Below are positions 1 to 12,499 of a stretch of DNA of 64,000 nucleotides, piece after piece. Below the pieces are notes generated by a model. That model did not search any database, had not been told where the DNA came from, and worked only from the letters and a program-made list of their open reading frames with translations. The position numbers and the translations under genes were made by a program. How positions within the stretch are numbered: position 1 is the stretch's first letter; every line of letters begins with the position of its first letter. The stretch covers positions 44,702,001 to 44,766,000 of the forward strand of contig NC_043010.1 of the NCBI RefSeq assembly GCF_006345805.1, in the 5' to 3' direction. Source of the DNA: Octopus sinensis (lineage: Eukaryota).

Positions 1-502
1 AAAAATAAAAAAGTGCTTTGACCAAGGTGGACTGAGTGCTCAAAGATTTTGTAAGCAGATACATATTCTTTAAATAGTATAATCACCAAAATGAATTACT
101 CTAGGTTACAGATAAAAAAAGCGACTATGATCAAATAATTGGGGGCGTTTGGATCGAGACGAATGATTTTTCTTGATGTTTCTAACTGAATTAGTAAAAC
201 GTTGTTTTCTTCTTTTTTTGATAAAATGTTCATTCATTCAAGTAGATTGCTTTTATAGTAATTTTCTTTGGAATTACTGCAATTTTACTCACAGGTAGCA
301 AGATTGTTCATTCTGTTTTTAAGTTACCAGTCAACTTTGTATATAATATCAGTCCTGTTTGCTGTATTAGTCAATTCCTTGACATGTTGGTTCACACATA
401 GCACAGCATAAAATATATACACAAGATTAATTATGTACAAAAAACTATGTGAAAAAATGTTATTCAAGCTTAATGAAAAGTGTCTCTACATATTCGGCAC
501 AC

Positions 503-720
<218 letters not shown>

Positions 721-722
721 TA

Positions 723-2230
723 AATATTAGGGAATAAATCCAAATTTACAGGAAAAAAATCAGATTTAGTATTAAATCCAATTTTATAGTAAAATATTAT
801 AAAATATTATTAGAGACAAAACCACTATTTTGCAAAACAAACAAGGAAAGATTAATCAATACATAAAATTTTAATAAATAGTCAAAAAAACCGCCACTAC
901 AATCGTTTCTTGTCTTGATCGACAATCTTCAGGTGGACTTCCAATCTAAAAAATCAATATTTAAAATATAAAAATAATAATTTTAAAATAATTAAAGTAT
1001 GAATGAAAAAATATAAGTATATAATCCATATATAACCTATATATATCCATATATAATCATATATAAACAATATATAAACTAAAAAAAACCTATCAACAAT
1101 AAAATATAAACTATAAAATATAAAATATAAAATAAAACCAAACAAAAAATAATAAAATAATAATAATATAATAATAAACTATATATACACCCATACACAT
1201 ATACCTAATTATATATAACCATATCTAACTACATACACTAAATCACACACCTATATATATATCCCTATACATACACATAAAACGTCTAGGCAACTATAAA
1301 TAAATAAATAGCTAAATACTTCAACACAATACTTATTCATACTCCCACAACACACACATACAACCCACATTCACGCTCTAGAAAACGGACATCACTCAAA
1401 ACTATGAACGGAGAAATGGAATAAATGGAATTAAAAATTATATTCACTTGGTAAAACGAACACTACTTAAAAATTATGAATGAAACAATGCAATAAAACA
1501 ACAGACATCGCAAATAGACACAAATTACTACGAATTCCTTAACAAACCTATCATGATAAACCAAAAACTCATAAAAATATAATGATAAAATCTCCCTTTA
1601 CTAAACTCTATAACAAACCTATATAGCAATCCCCCTAACCTAAACATTCACACACAAATACACACACGTAAACCACACACCCACGACATATACAAATACC
1701 CACACCACTTACACATACCAATACATACATATAAACCTCAACATATACTCCAAAAACCCACTCAACCCCACACAGACAAATAAACACAAAATTATGAATG
1801 GATTCTTTTATAAAACTACCCTGATAAGCTAAAACTCACAAAACAGAAATGATAAAACCTCCCTTTACTAAACACTATAACATACTTATATAGCAATCCC
1901 TTTAACCTATACATTCACACACAAAAACACACACGTAAACCACACACCCATAACAAATACAAACACTCACCCCACTCACACACACCCACCAGTACATATA
2001 AGCCTCAACATATACACCAAACAAAATTACTTTACCAAAGAACTTAACATATGTATAAAAAGTATAACCGCTCTGGAAACGAACATCTCTAAATTAATGA
2101 ATGGAGAAATGGAATAAATGGAATTAAAAATAATATTCACGTGGCAAAACGAACACCACTCAAAAATTATGAATGAAACAATGTAATAAAACAACCAACA
2201 TCGAAAATAGACAAATTACCACGAATTCCC
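723..2230 (-). mobile_element. Probable Penelope-like element 3' terminal region (pLTR) without ORF
   Basis: The minus strand reads as a T/G-rich tract followed by a hammerhead motif near the end, the same layout as the GIY-YIG-linked termini at 54702-55770 and 62090-63630. Inference by architecture only. Confidence 0.45.
894..936 (-). ncRNA. Minimal type-I hammerhead ribozyme motif
   Basis: Minus strand: ccac-CUGAAGA-uuguc[gaucaa]gacaa-GAAA-c[gauu]g-UA-gugg. Stem I is 4 bp, stem II 5 bp, stem III 2 bp; cleavage triplet GUA. Confidence 0.75.
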
Positions 2231-2310
2231 TTGGTTTGCTACGTGGATATAGTTTTTAGTTCCATTTATTCTATTTCTCCATTCATAATTTAAATGACGT
2301 TTACTTTCTA
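1374..2310. repeat. Nested direct repeats plus a short inverted copy
   Basis: Unit A 1374-1540 matches 2069-2230; unit B 1581-1752 matches 1848-2020; 2232-2310 is the reverse complement of the start of unit A. Confidence 0.85.
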
Positions 2311-5110
2311 TGGCGCGTATTCTCTCTTTTTTTTACATAAGTTATTTCTATGGTAACGTAATTTTGGTTTGGGGTTGAGTTTGATTTTTTCAATGGCCCA
2401 CTTCTCCTCAGCTGATCTTTGGTTATTGATGAGGGTCTTCATGCATTGTTGGAGGTTATATTTTTTAGATTCAAGCAGTGCGATAGCCGTCGAATGTGTG
2501 TGTTGCTGTTGGCAGTACTTTAGTTTGTTAATTTTTTTGTTTGTTCTTTTTATTTTTCTGATAATGGTTTTTCTGTTTTGGGGGATTCTGCACTTTTTGT
2601 TCACAGGTCTTGGTGGGGAGTGTTTTGCACATATGTCTGTGACGGTGTCTACAAAGATCTGCCAAGATGTTTTATGGTTGGTGGAGATGTGTGTATGTGT
2701 AAAGGACCAGTCAACATGTGATAGCTCGTTCCTGATTGCATCCCAGTTGGCATTATGGAGATCCATGTTTCAAATGGGTGGGCTGGAGGAAGGTCACTAG
2801 GATTAGCTTTCAGCTGGTGGAATTTCATGTTACAGAGAACCATGTCATGGTCTGAAAGAAGGGTTTTTTCCACTGTAACGTTATGTATAGTGTTAGTGTG
2901 GTTACTAAACACTAGGTCCAAAATGTTCTGATGTCTTGTTGGTGCAAGGACAAGTTGGGACAAGAAAAACTCATTCGTAAAGTCGAAAAGTGACTCTGCT
3001 GCTTCTTTGTCAGCGGTTGAGGCGGGAGTGCTTGGTTTCAAACAGTTTGTAGTCCAGTCAACACAGGGTAGATTGAAGTCTCCCATCATGAGTATGTTGC
3101 TAGAATGGCACTGTTGAATAAGCACTTAATGCTGTTGAGGCATTCTTTAAAGCACAGTATGGGTGTTTGGGGCGGCCTATAGAGCCCAATTACTGTCGGT
3201 CATTGGCTTTGTTGTGCACGGTGACTGATTCACAGTAGCCGTTGGAGAATATACTATTTCCATCTGCCGTAAATGAATCATGCAGGAAAATGGCAGTTCC
3301 ACCCTTCCTCTTGCCGATACGATCCGCGCGGATGGTTGTGAAATTCTTCACTCTCACTTCGGCTCCAAGTGGGAGTTGTCAAGGTGGGTCTCAGTGAGAA
3401 TGAAGAAAGGGATTTGGTGTGAATGGTTACCAACCCAGTCTTCAATGAATTGGACCTTCCATTTTTGTGCATTGTTGGAAGGGCTGACACCTTGTGCATT
3501 GAGTAGGAATGTGGAGGTTAGTGTAGTGGCTGGTTTTGACTGTTGCAGGGGGCTTGGATTTTTTGTGTGTGTTAGTGGCAGCAATGTGGGGAATTGGTGC
3601 ACTGGGGTAATAGCATAGGATGGTGTTGAGTGATGGCTAGAATGTTTTTGTGTATCTCTTTTGCCATGTTCAACATGGCTAAAAAAGAATTTTCCTGCTT
3701 AGGGAGCAGTTTTGGCTGGAGGTGTGGTTGCACTGTTGGATAGGGTTGTAGTTTCCACTTTGTTGTTGTGTTTTTGTGTCTTCCTGAAAAGACTGGACCA
3801 GCATTACTGCAGCATGGTGTGTTTCTATTTTTATTTTTATTCAGGTTTGTGTGTTGGCTTGAAGCCCCGTTTCTGTTTGTGCGTCGGGTCCCTGGAAGAT
3901 GAGTGAAGGGACAGTCACTCAGTAGACATGTTCTCTCACGTTGGGAATACCGGCAGATTTTGGGACTCCGAGTTGTGTGTGTTTTGAATTTCGATTACTA
4001 TTTGTGGGGTGTTAATGTTATTGTGGGATGCGTGCTTTGGCCTTGGCCGGTAGTGCTCTAGTGCGGGTAGATGCGTGAAGATGCAGTCACTATTTGTGCA
4101 GAGTCTCTGGCGCAGTGAATAGCGGCATATTTGGGGATTTCTTGTTTGTGCCGTGGGGGGCGCATTCTGCTTCCTATGTTTCTTTAAGTTTTTGTTACTG
4201 CAGTAGTATTGAGGTGGTGATGTGGGGAAGAGGGCAATGGTTTCTTATTTTGTTTTCTGTTGGTATTTTTGGTGATAGAAGACGATGGTGGCAGCGGTGG
4301 TGATGATGATGATGATAATTGTGGTGGTTGCTGTGAGAGCGGTGAAAAGATACTGGCATTTAGTGAATCGTCTAGTAAGCTAGAGTTGAGGAGTGGCTGT
4401 TGTTGTTCTTGTTGCTGTGGCTGTTGTTGTTGTTGTTGTGCTTGACCGATGTTAGGGTCAGCCATTGTGCTGGGAACCAGGAGTGGCTCATTCTGTTGTT
4501 GTTGTTGTTGTGGCTGCTGATTTTCTAGCTGTTGCTGTTCTTGAACTGTGAAAATATGAAGAAGCTTTTCAAAACGGCCATTTGTCAGTTTGAAAGATAC
4601 TTCGATATGTTTCAGCTTGCTTCGAATCTGTTTGACGGATCGTGTGTTGACCACTTGGATGTTTTTTCGGCAATCTCATTCAAACACAAAACATTTAGAT
4701 TTTCTGTTTGGGAAGAGAGAACCATGTGTTTATTAACATCAATTTCGTTATCAGACCAATTTCGTCTGTTGCAGGCCTGCAAGTTAGTCATGTTTGTTTT
4801 TTCTTTTGTTTGTTTTCCTTTTGATTTTTGAAAATATATATATTCTTTCTTGGAGTTAAAGAAGTGTATATATATATAAATGTTCTCTCTTAAGGGTGTG
4901 AGTTTTTGATTATTTGGTTGTTTGAGGATATTAAAAGAAAAACAGGTGTATATAACAATTTGTAGTTAAATGAAATACTTACGGGTTTGTAGGCAAACAC
5001 GTGGTTACAAATATATATATATTTAAGGTCAGTTAGTTTGAAGCTGTGTAGCTTGCTACTGACTGGGAGAGAAACAAATAGACGTCCGTCCACTTCAACA
5101 GTTAATCCAC
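2308..5110 (-). mobile_element. CR1/L2-group LINE, 5' half (ORF1 with polyQ and CCCH-like finger, APE endonuclease), RT missing
   Basis: ORF1 4184-4654 plus ICRYSLRQRLCTNSDCIFTHL near 4070-4130; endonuclease motifs FLLNAQG, ILTETHL, LMMGDFN, PTRHQNILDLVF, SDH; frameshifted. Confidence 0.85.
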
Positions 5111-5203
5111 TATATATATATATAATATATATAAATATTATATAATATATATATATATTATATGATATATATATATATATTATATATATATATATATTAT
5201 ATA

Positions 5204-5255
<52 letters not shown>

Positions 5256-5362
5256 TATATCATATATATAATATAATATTATAATATATATATAATATAG
5301 TATATATATATAATATATATATATCATATATATATATATACTATATATATATATATATTATA
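5111..5362. repeat. (TA)n microsatellite
   Basis: Direct observation. Confidence 0.97.
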
Positions 5363-5364
5363 CA

Positions 5365-5925
5365 TATTTTTTTCTCTGTAGTTTTCCGCTCAGAGCTGTG
5401 GTCATGCTGATTCACCGCTGTTTTGCTACACTGTTATTACTATGAGCCTCCTCTAATATGTGGCACTTGGTGAAGCATGGAGTTTGATATAGCTACCCTC
5501 ATTTGCACCTCTTGCCGTGAGGTAGGTTCATCTGGAACTCTCGACAGGAAGAGGTCCAGCTTTGATTTAAAAACTCCTACATGTACTTTGTGCAAGTTCC
5601 TCAGACTCTTTGGGTGAATATTAAAAAGCTGTGGGCCCTGAAACCCAGGCTGTTGCAGTACCTGGTCCTGAAGCGTGATGGCATTTCTGGGACCTTTGGC
5701 ACTATGCAGTGTCGTCCCGTTCTGGCATTGGTGTAGCTTTCAATGTCAAAATTTGGCACAATTCCTTCCAGGATCTTCCAGATATATATTACTGCATATC
5801 TCTCCAATCTTCTCTCCAGGGAGTAGAGTATTAACTGTTTCAACCTTTCCCAGTAGCTGAGCTGTTGCAAAGAGACGATCTTCTTTGTGAATCTTCTCTG
5901 GATTGCTCCAAGGTCCGCTGTTAAT
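5365..5925 (-). mobile_element. 5'-truncated CR1/L2-group LINE 3' end
   Basis: LSYWERLKQLILYSLERRLERYAVIYIWKILEG is a typical ORF2 C-terminus of this group; flanked by TA repeats on both sides. Confidence 0.85.
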
Positions 5926-6144
5926 ATTATATATATATATATATATAAATGGAGGAATGAATTATCCTTTGTTTACCGTTAACTTGGAAAATTCAATAAA
6001 CAATTACCAGGGTAGCAAAATTCAGGCAAGTAACACGGATGAAGCGACCTATTCAAAAGTAGAAACTCCGGGTTAATGTCCAGTAATTTGAGTAGTATAA
6101 GTAAATAGATGGAGTTGAACGAAGATGTTATTAAAATTCTTTTA

Positions 6145-6226
6145 CTTTCGACATATGATTTGAAGACAACATTGGTTTTATTCCATAGGAATAAACGGTG
6201 TAAAATGCAATCTTCTCATCAGGAAG
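6145..6226 (-). ncRNA. Degenerate type-I hammerhead motif
   Basis: CUGAUGA intact, extended stem II (gaagauugc/guugucuuc), GAAA replaced by AAAU, then c[auau]g-UC. Confidence 0.45.
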
Positions 6227-6352
6227 AGGTCCAGCTTTGATTTAAAAACTCCTACATGTACTTTGTGCCCACAGCTTTTTAATATTCTCCCAAAGAGTCT
6301 GATGAACTTGCATACAGTACATGTAGGAGTTTTTTAAATCAAAGCTGGACCT

Positions 6353-6434
6353 CTTCCTGATCAGAAGATTGCATTTTACACCGTTTATTCCTTTGGAATA
6401 AAACCAATGTTGTCTTCGAAACATATGTCGAAAG
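6353..6434 (+). ncRNA. Degenerate type-I hammerhead motif
   Basis: CUGAUCA (G8 to C), same stem II, intact GAAA-c[auau]g-UC; stem I only about 3 bp. Confidence 0.45.
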
Positions 6435-6477
6435 TAAAAGAATTTTAATAACATCTTCGTTCAACTCCATTTATTTA

Positions 6478-6479
<2 letters not shown>

Positions 6480-6531
<52 letters not shown>

Positions 6532-6549
6532 ATATTATATAATGTATAT

Positions 6550-6585
<36 letters not shown>

Positions 6586-6609
6586 ATAATGTATATATAT
6601 ATATATAAT

Positions 6610-6649
<40 letters not shown>

Positions 6650-6650
6650 C
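6480..6650. repeat. (TA)n microsatellite
   Basis: Direct observation. Confidence 0.97.
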
Positions 6651-7125
6651 TCATTACAGATATAGGGTAAAGAATTATTATTTAATAATTAATAAATTTC
6701 GCTATCATTTCGCTATCGGAGCTCGCCTTGATTTTAAAGTAACCATAGGCGATGGTGGAGCACACGGACACAAGTGATGATGAGGTGGAAAATTGACAAG
6801 AGGTTGAAAAGCCTCAGTGTTATAAATGTAAGAGGCTCAGCTCCTCATTTGTAAATGGACTAGTGTTGATTGTATATTGAATACTTTATTGCATGTTATT
6901 GCATGTCATTATTTCTAATGGACTATTAAGTCCAATAATTGTAAAAACTCCCGTGAGAGGTTCAATACCTCGGTTTGTTTTTCCTGTTGGAAATAAAGAA
7001 GAATAATGTTTTTTGTCTTCTCCCATCAATATCATCCTTGTTTCATCATTCACCTCATCAATGTATGTGTCCAGCGCGTAAGCTACTCTTTGTAATGCCT
7101 TTATGCCAAATCTTAATGAAATACA

Positions 7126-7264
7126 GTAGCTTGCTTACCAACCACACGGTTCCGGGTTCAGTCCCACTGCGTGGCACCTTGGGTAAGTGTCTTCTACTAT
7201 AGCCTCAGGCTGACCAAAGCCTTGTGAGTGGAGTTGGTAGACGGAAACTGAAAGAAGCCCGTTG

Positions 7265-7299
<35 letters not shown>

Positions 7300-7535
7300 A
7301 TGTGTGTGTGTATGTGAGTGTGTGTGTGTGTGTATGCATATGTTTGTGTGTCTGTGTATGTCCCCCAACATCGCTTGATAACTGATGCTGGTGTGTTTAC
7401 GTCCCCGTCACTTAGCGGTTCGGCAAGAGAGACCGAGAGAATAAGTACTAGGCTTACAAAGAATAAGTCCTGGGGTCGATTTGCTACAGCATGGCCGCAG
7501 TCAAATGACTGAAACAAATAAAAGAATAAAAGAAT
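7126..7535 (+). mobile_element. tRNA-derived SINE (octopus-type) with internal TA/TG tract
   Basis: B-box-like ggttcagtccc; a second copy lies at 12325-12480 on the minus strand; A-rich tail. Confidence 0.8.
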
Positions 7536-7543
7536 CATATACA

Positions 7544-7593
<50 letters not shown>

Positions 7594-7617
7594 TGACTAT
7601 ATGTGTATATATATATG

Positions 7618-9150
7618 TCTATAAAAGTATATATGAGAATGTCTGTCTGTGTGTTTCCCTAAAACTTGAGAACTACACAACCAATTTCATTCAAATTTTA
7701 CACATACGTTACTTAGGGTCCAGGGAGTGTCATCGGCAAAAAGAAAATGTTGAACAAGAAAATGTTCAACTTCTTGCCTAGGGCGAGCCCATAGCAATAT
7801 CATATCTTCTCTACTATTTCAGTATTACGTGTTAAAAGTGAAACAAAAACATTTCTCTATTTTATGTCAGATACTTTCACTTTAACAATAAAAATTAGAG
7901 ATAATAATAATTGAATTATATGTAGTAAGTAACAATTAAAATCAAACTAAAGTATAAAATAATAATTAAATCGTAACATAACAAAAGTAAAAATAGCAAT
8001 TGGTATAAAATTGCATCAATGACTTGAACTTGAATAAGTGGTTTTACATGAATGGGATAAATCAAAAATAAAATTAGCTAGCATTAAGTATCTATATGAA
8101 GTTTGGCTGTATGTAATGTCTGTTTTCTCGAACAGCCGCTTCTACCGAGTACTGCTGTTGGTTTATTTCTTATACATAAAGTACTATAACTTCAACTGCG
8201 TACTGCTTTTTGATTCACCGTAAGATTTGTTATTATTATTATTACTGTTTATTGTTATCACATTTGTTGGTTCCTCGTAAGGGAAACGTTGTTGTGTTGC
8301 ATTTGTTAAATAATTGTAAACCGGAACCCTCCCCCTTTGGGAGTAGGAGCTTTGGTTATTGTTTAAAAATTGAATTGTTTCTCTGTTTGGAGAAATTGAC
8401 AATATTTTCATCGTTTATACGGAAGCATTTTTGTTAAAATGCCTTCGATAGAAGAAAGTCCAAAAATGAATTTCGCTGCAGCCGTCGGCGGGTGCGAACT
8501 CATTAAAATTAAAATCGAAGAAATACAAACCTATTTCGGATTGATCACCGACAAAGGCGGTGAATCTAGGATAACACCACCAAACGAAATAAAAAATTAA
8601 ATTGAAGAGAAGACTATTGTCTATAAAGTATACTATGTAGAGAAAAAAAAGATTTGAATACCTAGAGGAAAACACCATCGAAAAGTGTCTTGGTGCGACT
8701 ATGAAAGATATCAAGTATCTAACAAGAGGCGGTAAATTTGCCACAATAGAAGCAAGGTTCGAGTCAATGGAGAGTGCAAGGGAGTACTCGACTCGAACCT
8801 TGCAAAGTGGAAGTATTTTATTTTTACCTTTATATCTGGGACGTAAGACGTCCCGGATAGAAATTAAAAATATCCCCCCAGAAGTAGAGGTAGGCTGGAT
8901 TGTAGCCACACTTCTATACAAGAGGGAGGACAAGATACAATTGATCGAAATTGCAAGAGACGGCCCTACAATTCCAGTCTGTTATATATTTTGAGTATTG
9001 TTATCATTAGCGATATCAAGATATAACTTTATATTTTGTATTTTATGTGTAGTTGTATATATATTGATGTACATGTAATATGTACACACATATATATACT
9101 ATATACATGCACTAGCACTATGGCCCGGCAACGACGGGACATTATGCTAG
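7618..9150 (+). mobile_element. Non-autonomous Helitron
   Basis: 5' TC at 7618 followed by a tctgtctgt-type subterminal motif; 3' hairpin cccg-gcaacga-cggg at 9124-9138, then CTAG at 9147-9150 followed by T. Confidence 0.65.
8439..8960 (+). pseudogene. Tx1/L1-clade ORF1 fragment inside the Helitron
   Basis: LYLGRKTSRIEIKNIPPEVEVGWIV resembles YLGRSMVRIKIAGILPEVNLWGIL in ORF1 of the Tx1-like element at 21926-22267; contains stops. Confidence 0.65.
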
Positions 9151-9198
9151 TATATATATAATATATTATATACACTCACACCACACACATATATATAA

Positions 9199-9246
<48 letters not shown>

Positions 9247-9255
9247 TATATATAT

Positions 9256-9293
<38 letters not shown>

Positions 9294-9644
9294 CGGGAAG
9301 CTTTATGAAAATAGACAAAAGACGAAGGCAGGTGGAAAACAAGCAAACAATTGTATTATATAATATATATATATATAATATTATATATATATATATATTG
9401 TGGGATCATCAATCCGGGCAAACTACTTCATAAACTCTCTGCTGGTACACCAGGCTAAAAATATTGTTTAGATCAGTAAAGTATTCTTATGGCAGGGTCG
9501 GGACCAAGGTTATGATTCATCACAATCCTATATTATAAATCTGTGGGTGGGCTCCAGATAAACTAATTTTTTTTACACAGACTGATATATAAGACAAGTT
9601 ATAGATATTGGTCATTACATAATTTTCCTTTATGAGAACAAATT

Positions 9645-9724
9645 TGGCTTACAATTGTTTCCAGGTTACTGATATGTTTACTCAATCGACCTAAAAAAAA
9701 ATAATAATACTTTCGTCGGAGCCA
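9645..9724 (-). ncRNA. Hammerhead-like motif (U4 to C, irregular stem II)
   Basis: uggcu-CCGACGA-(about 50 nt)-GAAA-c[aauu]g-UA-agcca: perfect 5-bp stem I, palindromic loop III, GUA triplet. Confidence 0.4.
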
Positions 9725-11110
9725 TTTCTGGTTATAACAAAGCAAATTAAGGAATGGTGAATGCGAGGGGTAGGAAGGAAAAGACAGAAGGATGGAAGTA
9801 GAATAGAGAAAAGGAGGAAAACAAGTTACAAAAGGGTGAAGAGAAGGAAGGAAAGAATAGAGGAAGGGGTCACTTAATAGAAGCAGGGGTACAGGATGGC
9901 CGAAATGTGGGGGAACAATCATAAAACATTAGAATTATTAAAAAATAAAAAATATATAAAATAAAAAACTAAAAAAATTTAATTTTTAAATTAAAAATTT
10001 TTAAATAATTCTTTTGATTTAAAACAATTTTAATTATTAATTTTTATTCTTATTTCATTGTTGTCGCTATTTTTTATCTTTTTATTGTTTTATTATACTA
10101 TTATTTTTTAATATTTTGCATTATTATTGGATTGTTATTTTATTAATATCATTGTTATTGGCGCTGCGATGTTAATGTTTTCATCATTATCATTATTGTC
10201 TTAGTATCACCTCCCCACCTCCCCTAACAAATCACCTGGAAGCGTTACAGACGGGCTAAGAAACGGAGGAACAAGCAGAATTATTATAAGATTCTTTTAA
10301 TCATTAATTTGCTTTAATGCTAAATTTAGAAATTTTAACCTGGAATCCGTTTAATGGTTTAAATTTTAGAATTCATATAATGAGGTTAATTTCAACCACT
10401 CAGCTTGACTTTATCGCACTTCAACCTCACATCTCTCAATCTATCAGCATTTATATCCTAGCTAATCAGAATTTTCTCGACCTCTACATAACAATATGAT
10501 TACTACTGATATTTCATTCATATTTTAATAGAATTCCCCCTGTATGCTTGATAGCAATAATGACAAAATATTAAAGACATTGGTTGACCATGTGTATGAA
10601 TGGCCCACATCAAATTTCAACACAACATTTGGTGAATATCTAGCCTAACAACAATATTAATGTGTTCTCATCTCATCTAGGTCGTCCCGTAGGAGTCACA
10701 GGGCGCTGCTCCATGTGGTTCCGCAGTTTCCATTTAATTAAGAATATTAGGGTATCATCCATGGTCTTGTATTCAAGATCCACCACATGACATCCTGCTA
10801 GTTCAAAGCCAAGAATCTGATCTGTTAGGTCCTGCCGATATTGACCCGACTATAAACACAAATGTTTTATAACTGTCCTCTCAGATCTAGGTCCCTATGC
10901 CCCTACTTCTTTTAAGTGATCCATTCTTCTATCCTTTCCTTACTTCTCTTCACCCCTTTGTAACCTGATTTCCTCTTTTTCTCTATTCTACTTGCATCTT
11001 TACATCTTTACCTCCCTACCCCACGTATTCACCATTACTTCAGTGTTATGCTTTGTTATAACCAGAAATAGCTCCGACGAAAGTAGCATTAATTTTTTTA
11101 GGTCGTTCAA
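9690..11110. repeat. Diverged inverted repeat (about 9690-9900 versus 10895-11110)
   Basis: Shared tttgttataaccagaaat.gctccgacgaaagta and a long purine/pyrimidine tract in opposite orientations. Confidence 0.8.
10317..10499 (+). pseudogene. Possible L1-type APE endonuclease N-terminus
   Basis: LEILTWN..NGL and DFIALQ resemble the start of L1-clade ORF2; downstream sequence is not readable. Confidence 0.35.
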
Positions 11111-12324
11111 TTTTTCTCAGCTAATCAATAAACCGATGGAGTAAACCTGTCAGTAACGTGCCTATAATGGGGAAGGTTACTAGAAACCGAGTAAGACTAA
11201 AAACAAGACCAGTCAAAAGGATTGATGAACCTAGTATAGTTCAACAACTATCTAGCAATAGCACGGGCCATCAGAAATTCCAGGTTAGTGTTCGGCGTGC
11301 TGGAAGACTACTGGGCACCGCTCTGCTTTTGTTAAAGCATGTCTCTAGGCCACTGATATAAAACCAGATATGCATGGAATGGCACAAGGCATTTTGGGGA
11401 TATTTTGCTTGCGCTTAAGATTGTGGTGCTCTCATGTTCCTGATTTACTAGCCCGTATTAAGACAGGGTGTCTTGGCTTGGCTTATTTTTGGATAATGTC
11501 AATAGGATGGAGAGGGTCTGTGAGGTATTGTGCACGGTATTGTTTGTGAGGTATTAGACCTAAGATTTTAAGTGGCTCGATCGCCGACAAGGGGGACTTC
11601 CCTATGTCCGGGTAAGTAGGATGATACTGCATCGATGAAGGAAGTCGCGGACGCGAGCCCGGCCGAAACTGCCCGCAGGTGCAATAGCCTTATACACTGA
11701 CATTGCTGACATTTTGCATGGGCAATGGTCAGTGATGCTCTCCCTCGGTCACAAATGTATAGCGTAGTTTCGGTGTACTAAATTTTACACGCACACTTCA
11801 TTGGCTATTGATTTTCTCTACAACACTTTTACTTAAAGTTTACGCACCCACATTTTTTTTTTACCAATGCACTATAGAAATTCTTGTTAAAACACTCCCA
11901 CGACACCTGTTCAAGTTTGAAACATGACTAATGATGACTGGTTAAATATCTGCATACATATTATAAATATAAATAGTTACACATTTGAACATAAAACGCT
12001 CATAAATATGTATGTGTGATTTCATTTGACCTTGAGAGTCAGCTACCAGATGTTTTTTGTTCAAACCCTTATTGTTGACAACTTAACACAAAAAAGACAC
12101 ATGCTTAGTTTAACTAGTATATTTAACGTGGGAAAGTTACAAGTACATTGTCTCGAAGAAAGTGCTTCGGTTTAATTTTCTTTCCCTCATTTCTTTAAAG
12201 ATATGTTTTAATAGTCCAGCCTACAACTTTTAAGTTGTATTGGGAACTGATGTTTTGGATCAGAAAACGAGCAAAATCTACGCCCACATACATACATACA
12301 AACACGCGCGCGTACACACACACA

Positions 12325-12480
12325 CACGACGGACTTCTTTCAGTTTCCGTCTACCAAATCCACACACAAGGCTTTGGTCGACCCGAGCCTTTAGTGGGTG
12401 CCGAAGGTGCCACACAGTCGTACTGAATCCGAAATCCTGTGGTTGGGAAGGAAACTTACTTCACAACCACTTCTGCGCCT
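12325..12480 (-). mobile_element. tRNA-derived SINE, 5' part (same family as 7126)
   Basis: Reverse complement aligns by eye to 7126-7270. Confidence 0.8.
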
Positions 12481-12499
12481 TTAAAAATTGTGTGACCAG

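Larger units (their letters stand above)
6101..6481. repeat. Foldback inverted repeat, arms about 165 bp
   Basis: 6101-6260 is the near-identical reverse complement of 6317-6481. The inner part and loop match the LINE 3' end at 5546-5640; the outer part carries hammerhead-like motifs. Confidence 0.92.

Noticed and set aside
4184-4654. PolyQ ORF as a host transcription factor
   Set aside because: It lies directly upstream of a LINE endonuclease on the same strand; it is ORF1.
11160-11700. Possible decayed LINE zinc-finger region on the minus strand
   Set aside because: Motif fragments fall in different frames and are too weak to call.
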